Source of the DNA: a virus
DNA length: 13,714 bases
Reading direction: 5' to 3' (one strand)
Virus record (IMG/VR): IMGVR_UViG_3300045988_037911
Both the position numbers and the translations under genes were made by a program. This document shows positions 1-7,300 of the stretch, one piece after another (position 1 is the stretch's first letter; every line of letters begins with the position of its first letter). The notes beneath the pieces were generated by a model that had not been told where the DNA came from, did no database searches, and saw only the letters and a program-made list of their open reading frames with translations.

Positions 1-83
1 GATTAACCACCACTGGCGGACATTTGTCTTTCCCCCACGGACACATTTGTGCGCACAACACGGACACAATTTGTACGTGGCAG
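1..83. repeat. Left inverted terminal repeat (perfect part)
   Basis: Bases 1-83 are the exact reverse complement of 13632-13714, checked base by base. The first mismatch is at 84 versus 13631. Confidence 0.97.
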
Positions 84-95
84 ATGGACATGATG
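17..95. repeat. Phased iterons inside the ITR (mirrored at 13620-13698), a candidate origin or protein-binding array
   Basis: The iterons are CGGACA-TTTGT (17-27), CGGACA-CA-TTTGT (38-50), CGGACA-CAA-TTTGT (61-74) and a degenerate TGGACATGATG (85-95). GGACA cores start at 18, 39, 62 and 86, giving spacings of 21, 23 and 24 bp. A perfect 12-bp palindrome TTGTGCGCACAA lies at 47-58. Confidence 0.6.
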
Positions 96-154
96 CGCTG
101 TAGCGTGGTAAAGTACTGGTATATTATTTTCTTATGGTTAGTATTAGAAAATAT
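84..154. repeat. Degenerate inner extension of the left ITR
   Basis: An ungapped hand alignment of 84-154 with the reverse complement of 13561-13631 gives roughly three quarters identical positions. Shared blocks include GGACA, CTAAAG/GTAAAG, GGTATATTATTT, CTTATGG and ATTAGAA. Confidence 0.7.
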
Positions 155-160
155 GTGATA

Positions 161-241
161 GATTAACCGCCACTCGTGGACACTTGTTTCCCTACCGTGG
201 ACAGGGAGCACTTTAGTCTATTAAAGTGACGGTATATAAGA
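161..241 (+). repeat. Internal degenerate direct copy of the genome terminus (fossil ITR)
   Basis: Bases 161-205 (GATTAACCgCCACTcGtGGACAcTTGTtTCCCtaCCgtGGACA) repeat 1-43 in direct orientation at about 80 percent identity by hand. Bases 197-237 (GTGGACAGGGAGCACTTTAG...TAAAG..GGTATAT) align with the inner ITR segment 84-125 and its right-end counterpart. The equivalent of bases ~44-85 is absent. Confidence 0.65.
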
Positions 242-268
242 AAGCCCGTGTATATTTCAACACGGGCT
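234..268 (-). terminator. Rho-independent terminator ending the single minus-strand gene array
   Basis: An 8-bp stem AGCCCGTG (243-250) / CACGGGCT (261-268) encloses a 10-nt loop. On the minus strand it is followed by TTCTTATAT. It starts 5 nt after the stop of the last gene (273). Confidence 0.6.
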
Positions 269-272
269 AATA

Positions 273-1136
273 TTATTCTTCAGAAGTCCCCATATAGAAA
301 ATGTCAACATAAAGGGGAATACAAAGCTCGTTATCTGTTGTTCCGTCAAGTCTTACGCCTGTTCCTACCTGTAAAATGTATCCGTCAACAACAGTAGTGT
401 TAAGGTGCAACCGTCTTGTTCCACGTATAGCACCGTTTGCGTCAGATTGCAGACTTGTGCCTCCGCCTGATCCACTTCCAACAATAAAGATTTGAGTTGC
501 ATCGTTATCGCACGTAATAACAACAAATAGCGGGGTTTCAGTAATTTTTCCAATTGTAATTGTTTGCGGTTCAATAGACGTGGGGAAGGGTAACGATGCG
601 CTATAAATTCGTTTTCTTAGCAATCCACGTTTATTAGCATTATTCGCTACCGTAGCCGCCGCCTGTGCGGTAGTGGTAGCATTAACCGCAGTCTGATTGA
701 CTGCATCCAACTGCGCCTTGCTTGCCCATTCAGCAGGGCCTTTTCCGTCAAAGGTCTGAGCGTCAACCACATCAGGCCAAGCCACAACAACCATTGCATT
801 AGCGGCATTCACCCACGCCACATACATTTCGCCGCCCTTGACAGTTTTCTGCTTGCCGTCCAATGCAACAATGTTGTTAACAGTCTCCTGATAACTCCAA
901 GTGTTAGCGTCACCTGCCGCCACGAACTTAAATAAAGTTTCGTTAGGAGTAGGATTCTCTGACAGTTTCAGCAGGTTTGCGCTTGCAGTAGTGGTATAGG
1001 TGGGAACTCCACCCTTCTTGCGGATTTCGGTAATCACGCTGTCAAGGGTTTCGAAGTTGTTGTTGGTGCTCAATGGGTTGAAAATGTCAGCGGCTTCACG
1101 AAGGTCAAGTTGCAGGTGTTCAGTCTGAGTACTCAT
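273..1136 (-). CDS. Putative tail fibre / receptor-binding protein (287 aa)
   Basis: ATG at 1136 is preceded by AGGAGG. It is the last gene of the structural module. The N-terminus (HLQLDLREAADIFNP..NNNFETLD) resembles the conserved N-terminal anchor motif of Gram-positive phage fibre/RBP proteins. An Ala/Thr/Asn-rich linker is followed by a beta-rich C-terminal domain. Confidence 0.5.
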   Translation of the reverse strand: MSTQTEHLQLDLREAADIFNPLSTNNNFETLDSVITEIRKKGGVPTYTTTASANLLKLSENPTPNETLFKFVAAGDANTWSYQETVNNIVALDGKQKTVKGGEMYVAWVNAANAMVVVAWPDVVDAQTFDGKGPAEWASKAQLDAVNQTAVNATTTAQAAATVANNANKRGLLRKRIYSASLPFPTSIEPQTITIGKITETPLFVVITCDNDATQIFIVGSGSGGGTSLQSDANGAIRGTRRLHLNTTVVDGYILQVGTGVRLDGTTDNELCIPLYVDIFYMGTSEE

Positions 1137-1154
1137 AATAAAATACCTCCTTAA

Positions 1155-1784
1155 TTAGTGCTGAACGACAAAATTCTTTGCGTCAGTGATAAACTCCTGA
1201 CAGGTCTTATTGTAAGTGACAATCTGCGTACAAGTGTTATTCCGGTCACGCATTTCGCCACATGTCAGAGCGTCAGGGGCATGGAACATACAAAGGAAAT
1301 CAAACATAGCCTGAATGGTCACATACTTACCAGTCAGTAGGTTATACACCTTTGCGTTCTTAATGTTCTTCGTGATAATGTCAGGCAACTGCAACAGCAA
1401 CATAGCAATGCTTGCATCCGTATACGCATTAGCCTGCCGCAACATAGTTTTGAGTTCTGCTCTTGCGTCCCTGATTTCCTGTTCAAGTAGGTCAATCTGA
1501 GCATTGACAAGTTTCTGGTAATCAGCAAAAGCCTTGTCCTGTTTAGCAGTGTAAGCCGCAAACTGAGCGTTAATGTCAGATTTGAACGCCGCAAAATCAG
1601 CTTCAAGTTCCGAAAAATCACGCCGCAATACCGCAATTTGCTGGTCAGTATAGGCATTAGCTTGCTTTAAGATCCTGTCCTCAATGCTATCAACTTTTTC
1701 GTCAAGCTCTTTGATTTTCTTTAGAATCCAGTCAAGATTTAACTCGTGGAAATTGGAATATGGAAATTGCTCAAATAATCCCAT
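1155..1784 (-). CDS. Putative coiled-coil fibre / appendage protein (209 aa)
   Basis: ATG at 1784 is preceded by AGGAGGTG. The N-terminal motif is FPYSNFHELNLDWILKKIKEL. A long heptad-like region carries a duplicated block (LKQANAYTDQQIAVL / LRQANAYTDASIAML). The C-terminal domain contains 5 Cys. It sits between the collar and the RBP-like gene. Confidence 0.4.
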   Translation of the reverse strand: MGLFEQFPYSNFHELNLDWILKKIKELDEKVDSIEDRILKQANAYTDQQIAVLRRDFSELEADFAAFKSDINAQFAAYTAKQDKAFADYQKLVNAQIDLLEQEIRDARAELKTMLRQANAYTDASIAMLLLQLPDIITKNIKNAKVYNLLTGKYVTIQAMFDFLCMFHAPDALTCGEMRDRNNTCTQIVTYNKTCQEFITDAKNFVVQH

Positions 1785-1796
1785 GTTTACACCTCC

Positions 1797-2489
1797 TTAA
1801 TAGACTTGCAGACAGAAACGGTTTTTGAAGCTGTTAATAATCACGTCAATGATATTATACAGTGCAACATCTCTTTCCGCTTCGATCATCTGTTGTGAAG
1901 TAGTCACGCCAATGTTGCCATGTGCACGGCCTTTCCGCAATAGGTTTCTATTTCCGGTTTCGTCCGTGGTATTCTCTGCTGACGTTTTAACCGCCACTGT
2001 GCCAACGTCCTTTTGTTCGCTCTCGTTCTTCTCGTTCTGCGTGTTGTTGTCTCGCTCCGTGGGTGTGAACTCAATTTCATTATATGCGCTCACATACTTC
2101 TGATCGTTGATAACGCCGTCCGTGTTACTCTGTCGGGTACTCGTGCCGTCTGTGACGGTTGTGCTTGTTCCGGTTGCATCGGCTTCCGTGTTTTTCTTCG
2201 TGTCCTCTGCTTCCGTCCATTCTTCCATTCGGTCATAGTTTTCAATAGGATTATACTCCAACAGTGTTGTTTTGTAAAGCCGTTCCCAGATCGGAAGCTC
2301 TTTAGCGCTCCACCTGCCAATCATGGCCTGCATGAAAATAGCATCCGGGTAGATGACTTCAAGCTCCGCAGTTTCCGCAAGCAGATTGTCCTTGACAAGC
2401 TCCACGTCCACGCCATCAGGGACAACCAACTCGCCCAGAATGCCGTCATTCAACCGTTTCAGTCCCAATAGGCTTACTGTTGCCGACAT
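1797..2489 (-). CDS. Putative lower collar / head-tail adaptor protein (230 aa)
   Basis: ATG at 2489 is preceded by a strong GGAGGTG SD. The gene lies directly downstream of the portal gene, as phi29 gp11 follows gp10, and overlaps the portal 3' end by 44 nt. The centre of the protein is a Thr/Asn/Asp/Glu-rich low-complexity region. The call rests on synteny only. Confidence 0.45.
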   Translation of the reverse strand: MSATVSLLGLKRLNDGILGELVVPDGVDVELVKDNLLAETAELEVIYPDAIFMQAMIGRWSAKELPIWERLYKTTLLEYNPIENYDRMEEWTEAEDTKKNTEADATGTSTTVTDGTSTRQSNTDGVINDQKYVSAYNEIEFTPTERDNNTQNEKNESEQKDVGTVAVKTSAENTTDETGNRNLLRKGRAHGNIGVTTSQQMIEAERDVALYNIIDVIINSFKNRFCLQVY

Positions 2490-3396
2490 TGTTCACACCT
2501 CCCTCATAAGCGTCAGGGAAACGCCACTCCACGGAAATATCTAAGCCAAACATATCATTTGTTGCCTTGATAGATTCCTGCAATTCCTCAAGCCACATAG
2601 CACACTTGCTCTGTGTCTCAACGTTATTTGCATTCACTTCATCCGTCACCAGCCGTTCCCGCTTGTCCGTGTTGGCGTTGGGAATGCCAATATCTGTGTC
2701 AAACATTGCTTCAATCTTGCGCATATCGCTCAAAATGTCGGAACTGATATAAACCTGCTTCAAGTTCTGTTCAAACGCTTCCCACGCTTTACTTCCGTCA
2801 TCCCGGAACAGGTTCTTGTCAATCACAGTGCAGACTTCGCCAGATGCTACACGGTCATACATCTTTTTGAAGCTCTCTGCGGCGGTCTTGTTACCTGCCG
2901 CAAACACATACGCAAGGTGTGTGTTCATAAGGTTCATTCCGACAGATTCAGCGCACAAGGCCAACATATCACCGTAGTAGCCCACAATATCCATAATACC
3001 GCCGTAATCCGGCTGTAAGCGGATAATTGTGCATTGGCTTCCGATTCTCGGCTCCATAATGCCACGCAACAGGGGATTTGTGATAATTGCGTTAGTCGGC
3101 TGATAGAACACATTGTAGCCGGTCAGGGTGCAACCCTGAGGAATAACGCCGAACTTGCTTGTATTGACCACTGCGAGATAGCCCCAGCAGTACAGCACAT
3201 ACAGGAAATAATTCTTACTCCAATGCTCCGGCAACTTCCACTTGAAAAGCGACATAGCCTTTTGAAGCAGGTACCGCCGGAAGTATTGGGACAGTGCTGT
3301 GTTTCTGCAATGGACGGTGGACGGACTGACGGCGGCGTTTTGCACGTTGATATAATCGTAGTTTGCCGGGATACCGTTACCAATCATTGCTATCAT
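2446..3396 (-). CDS. Portal (upper collar / connector) protein, phi29 gp10-like (316 aa)
   Basis: The C-terminal block IGIPNANTDKRERLVTDEVNANN...FGLDISVEWRF matches my recollection of phi29 gp10 ([23 protein letters not shown]...YGLNVKVKFRY), and the size is about the same (~309 aa). The ATG at 3396 overlaps the upstream stop (ATGA). An alternative ATG at 3387 has better SD spacing. Confidence 0.88.
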   Translation of the reverse strand: MIAMIGNGIPANYDYINVQNAAVSPSTVHCRNTALSQYFRRYLLQKAMSLFKWKLPEHWSKNYFLYVLYCWGYLAVVNTSKFGVIPQGCTLTGYNVFYQPTNAIITNPLLRGIMEPRIGSQCTIIRLQPDYGGIMDIVGYYGDMLALCAESVGMNLMNTHLAYVFAAGNKTAAESFKKMYDRVASGEVCTVIDKNLFRDDGSKAWEAFEQNLKQVYISSDILSDMRKIEAMFDTDIGIPNANTDKRERLVTDEVNANNVETQSKCAMWLEELQESIKATNDMFGLDISVEWRFPDAYEGGVNNVGNSKPIGTETVE

Positions 3397-3932
3397 CTCC
3401 TTTCTTTCATTTTAAATAGTAGCCAGATCGGTAGCTGTGAGATCGGCGGCTCGTGTCCGGTAATGTACTGATACCAGTATTCCGCTTGCTTGCTTCGTGC
3501 CGGTTGCGGCTTCACCGTTGGGCGCTCATAGTTATAAAGGAACGCCTGTGCAAGATATGCAGGCGGCTTGTCAGACTGCGAGAACTCCCGGAACGTCATA
3601 GGATAAAGGCTTGTGCTGATCCACTGCAAGTGGTTCTCAAGCTCATATATGATCCGCTCCATCTCTTTCTGTCCATTGTCCTGCCAATCAGTACCGGCCC
3701 ATTCAGAATAATGGGTGTATGGTGTCCACTGTACCAAACCGTAGCCGCCAACAAACGGGTCAAGGTTTTCCCAGATTCCCGGATTTAGGGTGCTTTCCGT
3801 CTGCATATTGCCAAACATGGCGGAGATAGCGTTATCCGTCCAGCCGTTAGACTTGAAGAAATAGTGCATAATGTCAGCATTGTTCTTCATTTCGTCCATT
3901 GACAGATAGCGGTTTCCAGTAATCCACGGCAT
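3393..3932 (-). CDS. Tail-associated peptidoglycan hydrolase (phage tail lysozyme, phi29 gp13 N-terminal-domain-like)
   Basis: It carries the motifs GNMQTESTLNPGIWE and GGYGLVQWT, which are typical of the phage tail lysozyme family. It lies between the tail knob and portal genes. The track ORF starts at GTG 3938, but AGGTGA at 3940-3945 is correctly spaced for ATG 3932. Confidence 0.65.
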   Translation of the reverse strand: MPWITGNRYLSMDEMKNNADIMHYFFKSNGWTDNAISAMFGNMQTESTLNPGIWENLDPFVGGYGLVQWTPYTHYSEWAGTDWQDNGQKEMERIIYELENHLQWISTSLYPMTFREFSQSDKPPAYLAQAFLYNYERPTVKPQPARSKQAEYWYQYITGHEPPISQLPIWLLFKMKERR

Positions 3933-3942
3933 CAGCACTCAC

Positions 3943-5358
3943 CTACTCATAGAAATAACCGGATTCAAGGTATCCCTTTATCATTCTGTTTTCTTCGCTT
4001 GTTCCGGCGATTGCTAAATCAGGATCGGCAATCACTTGATAGCCCGGAAGCGTGGACAGTTCAACCTTTTTACAGTAAGGTCTGCCTCTGTCCTCGTTGT
4101 CCTCGTCAGCGATTGAATAAAATTCAGACTTTAGGATAATGTTCTGCTTGATACCCAACATACTTCCGTTTAGTCCGCTGACGCTAACGTCCGGGAATGC
4201 AGTAGCTAAACCGTTACCAATAGCGCCGATACCGCCCATAATAGCACCGACAGCGTTACCTGTTGCAACAGAGGTTGCCGTTTGTGCAACAGACTTTACA
4301 GCACCGCCGATATTATTAAAAAATCCGCTTGTCATTTGCGCAAGGTTTATTGGAATTCCAACCTGTGAAAATGTCTGTGTCAAGAAAGTAGCATCTTGTG
4401 TTGAGCCTCCTAACACCGCAAGTCTTGCCGTATTCGCCAGAATATCAATCTGTACGAGTGTCCCAATCTTTGAATAGTTTGCAATCACGTTAGCGTCTAA
4501 TGCGATACTGCCAATACCGGGGTAATACAAAGTATGCTTTGTGTATGGCGCATTATTCAAGTAGTTTCCTCGTGCTACTTGCGGATGCTTCGGCACTGTC
4601 AGGAACACATATCCACTTGAAATATAGGCGTTCTTTGCTGGGATACCAGCGCCACTAACAGGGATAGTCCACCAACCGACACGCACACTCGAAAGTTTTC
4701 CGGTAATGGGAATTTTAATTGGAAACCAGTTGCACGAAACAATGTATTGCATGGGATTAAAAAGTGCTTTAACAAGATCCTCTGAAATATCGCTAATTCC
4801 TGTCCAGGTTGCATCACCAAGCAAATATGCACACAAGCTATTAAATGCCGCCTGGTCAAAGACATAATAGTGTGTAGCACCCACGCCGTCAGGGTCATTG
4901 TTTACAATACCGACAACATAGCTTCCCTGTTCAAAGTCCGTTGCAAAGGGGTTATCGCTTGTTGTCAGAACGGTGTTTGGTGTTGCTTTTGCCGGATACA
5001 GATTGTCAACAACATTTCCGTCAAAGCTATGTGAACTCCTTGTTACATATTGAGTGCTGTTTCCGATACTGTTTTTCCAACTTGCCAACACATCAACTTC
5101 CATGTGGGCAGTCCACAAATGCCCTTCTGATACAGTCCAGTCTCTAATGAAATAGTATCTATTCCCAAGGTCTGAAATGTATGCGTAGTTGTAAAAAGAT
5201 GGATTTCCCTTTAAACCAAAGTCAAAGGTAATTTCTGGTCTCAATAAACTTGTGGGCATTTTAAGAACAGCTCTGTGGTCTCTCTGCGTGGCACTTGCAT
5301 CAGGTCTTTTGGTGCTATTCTCTCTTTTCTTGAACTCATAGAGTGTTACTGTTAACAT
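3943..5358 (-). CDS. Tail knob / distal tube protein, phi29 gp9-like (471 aa)
   Basis: YAYISDLGNRYYFIRDW...HMEVDVLASW parallels my recollection of phi29 gp9 (YIMFQNADYGNKWFYAFV...HFEIDVLQTW). A Gly/Ala-rich loop near the C-terminus (GGAVKSVAQTATSVATGNAVGAIMGGIGAIGNG) resembles the gp9 membrane-active loop. An AGGAGG SD is present. Confidence 0.7.
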   Translation of the reverse strand: MLTVTLYEFKKRENSTKRPDASATQRDHRAVLKMPTSLLRPEITFDFGLKGNPSFYNYAYISDLGNRYYFIRDWTVSEGHLWTAHMEVDVLASWKNSIGNSTQYVTRSSHSFDGNVVDNLYPAKATPNTVLTTSDNPFATDFEQGSYVVGIVNNDPDGVGATHYYVFDQAAFNSLCAYLLGDATWTGISDISEDLVKALFNPMQYIVSCNWFPIKIPITGKLSSVRVGWWTIPVSGAGIPAKNAYISSGYVFLTVPKHPQVARGNYLNNAPYTKHTLYYPGIGSIALDANVIANYSKIGTLVQIDILANTARLAVLGGSTQDATFLTQTFSQVGIPINLAQMTSGFFNNIGGAVKSVAQTATSVATGNAVGAIMGGIGAIGNGLATAFPDVSVSGLNGSMLGIKQNIILKSEFYSIADEDNEDRGRPYCKKVELSTLPGYQVIADPDLAIAGTSEENRMIKGYLESGYFYE

Positions 5359-5375
5359 AAGACCTCCTTATTATA

Positions 5376-5401
5376 GGGGCAGGACACGAGGATAGTGCCC
5401 C
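5376..5401 (-). other. Intergenic stem-loop between the capsid and tail knob genes
   Basis: GGGGCA (5376-5381) pairs with TGCCCC (5396-5401) around a 14-nt loop. No U-tract follows. It could be an mRNA stabiliser or attenuator. Confidence 0.3.
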
Positions 5402-5415
5402 ACCCCTCCAAGTGC

Positions 5416-6630
5416 TTAGTCAAGCAACAGCACAACGCCCTTCTCGCTCATGTCCATGATAGCCCGGAAGTTAACATGGTCATAGGTGTTCCAATAGCCA
5501 GCCTTGGCATTGAACGGAGTGACAGCAGCCCAGTTCTTGACCTGAGCATATCCAAGCGCTTCCTCGTCAAAGATAACACCAAAGATACCTGCCTGTTCAA
5601 CAGCTTCACCGGTAGTAGCAGTGCCGGTAGTATTGGTATACACAGGAGTAACGTTGATGGAATCAGGGGTTTCAATCGACTGCCAGAAGTTCACGCCCTC
5701 GTAGTCGGTAAACTTCAAGTAGTTATCATGGAAGGTGTTAGCCTTAACCATAGCGTCAAACTGATCCATAGCCTTAGCATACAGGTAAACCTTCTGCTTA
5801 TTGGCAGGAGTATGACGCATAACGTGCTTCTCATTGATAACAGTCTGATACATTTCAGAACGTTCAGTCATCATGCGAGAAATAGTGGCGATTCTTGCAT
5901 ACGCCCACTGCATAAAGCTACTGAAATTCTCAGGCTGATAGACATTCTGTGCGGTCAACTTCAAACCAGTTTCTGCATTATACTCAGTCAGCAAGTGCAC
6001 AACTCTGGCGGTCTGCTTCTCAGCCAACAGAGAACCAATGTAGTTAGCAAGGATACCTCTTGCAATGTTCTCTCTATACTGCTCCAACTTGTCAGTGCGG
6101 TTTCCGGTCACAAGGGAGTTGAAACGCATAAATTCCTCTGCATTGGTAAAGGCTACATCCAACTGGTCTTTGAAAATAGTGTAGCTATTCTCGTAAACAG
6201 ACTGACCATAGAAGTTCACCTGCAAAATGTCTGGCTTATTCAGTGCGTACATATCCACACTCTGACCATCTCCAATGGCATTGGGCGCTTTTGCGGTGTC
6301 ATAACCAACAGGCCAAGTGAATCGGGCATCGTCTTCAATCGGCTTGTCTGCAATGGACAGCTTACGTACTGCATTGCCCCAACGTTCCATAGACATTTCC
6401 AGTCCAGAGAGCTTACGGCTGTAAGGTCTAATGCTGAAAATCGTTCTGCCCCACATCTGAGACATTGCGTTCAGAATAGGGTCATAGCCAGTCTTGAGTG
6501 CAGTCTGTGCCACACTGACAAACTCGCCGGGTGTACTGGCAGCAATAGTTACCTGTCCAGTTGCCTGTTTAACAAGGCTCTGCAAAATAGTACCAGCCTG
6601 AAAAACAGTCATGTCATTTACATTAGGCAT
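5416..6630 (-). CDS. Major capsid protein (404 aa)
   Basis: This is the largest head-module ORF. It lies immediately downstream of a small scaffold-like gene and upstream of tail genes, matching the phi29 gp7-gp8-gp9 order. An AAAGGAGA SD is present. I could not confirm similarity to phi29 gp8 by eye. Confidence 0.7.
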   Translation of the reverse strand: MPNVNDMTVFQAGTILQSLVKQATGQVTIAASTPGEFVSVAQTALKTGYDPILNAMSQMWGRTIFSIRPYSRKLSGLEMSMERWGNAVRKLSIADKPIEDDARFTWPVGYDTAKAPNAIGDGQSVDMYALNKPDILQVNFYGQSVYENSYTIFKDQLDVAFTNAEEFMRFNSLVTGNRTDKLEQYRENIARGILANYIGSLLAEKQTARVVHLLTEYNAETGLKLTAQNVYQPENFSSFMQWAYARIATISRMMTERSEMYQTVINEKHVMRHTPANKQKVYLYAKAMDQFDAMVKANTFHDNYLKFTDYEGVNFWQSIETPDSINVTPVYTNTTGTATTGEAVEQAGIFGVIFDEEALGYAQVKNWAAVTPFNAKAGYWNTYDHVNFRAIMDMSEKGVVLLLD

Positions 6631-6632
6631 AA

Positions 6633-6992
6633 TTACTTATCTCCTTTCGGTGCAGGATTGATAATCTCTGCAAGAATTTCTTCGGGTGTCTGAACCTTTG
6701 GCTGATTCACGTTAATAATGTTACTACCCTGAACCAGGCCCGTCAGCTTCTGCAACTCTGCAAGTACAGGGTCAACGGGCTGTGCCTGAGTAGGAACGGG
6801 ATGTTCCGTAGTAGGAACGGGCTGTGCCGGAGTAGAAACAGGCTGTGTCGGAGTAGGAACAGGCTGTACCGGAGTAGGAACAGGCTGTGCCGGAGTAGGA
6901 ACAGGCTGGTTAGCCACCATAGAAAGTCCGGCAATCTGCTGTGCAGTAAATCCTGCTTTTGCAAGGGTTAGGATTTCTTCAGGCTTAAACAT
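6633..6992 (-). CDS. Putative scaffolding protein with a proline-rich tandem repeat (119 aa)
   Basis: It is a small gene directly upstream of the capsid gene. Helical N- and C-terminal ends both contain PEEIL. The centre is about six copies of QPVPTP(A/V/T). The start overlaps the upstream stop (ATGTTTAA). Confidence 0.45.
   Translation of the reverse strand: MFKPEEILTLAKAGFTAQQIAGLSMVANQPVPTPAQPVPTPVQPVPTPTQPVSTPAQPVPTTEHPVPTQAQPVDPVLAELQKLTGLVQGSNIINVNQPKVQTPEEILAEIINPAPKGDK
6773..6909. repeat. 21-nt tandem repeat, about 6.5 units, in frame within the scaffold-like gene
   Basis: Plus-strand units run GAACAGGCTGTGCCGGAGTAG at 6878-6898, 6857-6877, 6836-6856, 6815-6835, 6794-6814 and 6773-6793, with increasing divergence. 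A partial unit lies at 6899-6909. Confidence 0.9.
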
Positions 6993-7299
6993 TCTGTCTC
7001 ACCGCCTTAATAGCATAGCCGTTCTCGTCCCAAGTAATCTTATACTGTCCCTCTTTGCACCACATGACCTGTTCCTGACCTGCCATAGAAATGTCACGCT
7101 TCATAAGGTCGGCAAGAGTAACAACATCCTTTGCAGGTTCGCCTTCCATAAAGCCTTCCTTCACTTCTTTTTCATCCCATCCGCTATTCTCACGAGGAAC
7201 AAGTTTCAGATTGAAACCCGCGTCTGCCAGACGCTTATTGATAACTGCATAGGAATCGCCATTTGCAAGTCCCTGTCTAATAATTTCCGTAATGCCCAT
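6985..7299 (-). CDS. Hypothetical protein (104 aa)
   Basis: ATG at 7299 has a GAAAGGAAG SD. The gene is packed between the NAGPA gene stop (7301) and the scaffold start. I recognise no motif. Confidence 0.6.
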   Translation of the reverse strand: MGITEIIRQGLANGDSYAVINKRLADAGFNLKLVPRENSGWDEKEVKEGFMEGEPAKDVVTLADLMKRDISMAGQEQVMWCKEGQYKITWDENGYAIKAVRQNV

Positions 7300-7300
7300 G

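Noticed and set aside
125-160. The left-end copy of the outer early promoter, which would fire rightward on the plus strand.
   Set aside because: The hexamers have decayed (TTTCTT and AATATG versus TTGCTT and TATAAT at the right end). There is no plus-strand gene to express.
5395-6693. A 432-aa plus-strand ORF, the longest on that strand. It spans the whole capsid gene in antisense.
   Set aside because: It is an exact antisense shadow of the well-supported capsid gene. It begins at the first GTG after a stop, with GAGGA only 2 nt upstream, which is unusable spacing. The product is low-complexity and rich in Ser/Leu/Ile/Asn/His/Cys. No other gene is on the plus strand.
6773-6909. Regularly spaced 21-nt repeats, considered as a possible CRISPR array.
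   Set aside because: The units are contiguous with no spacers, are in frame inside a CDS and encode QPVPTPx. This is a protein-coding tandem repeat.
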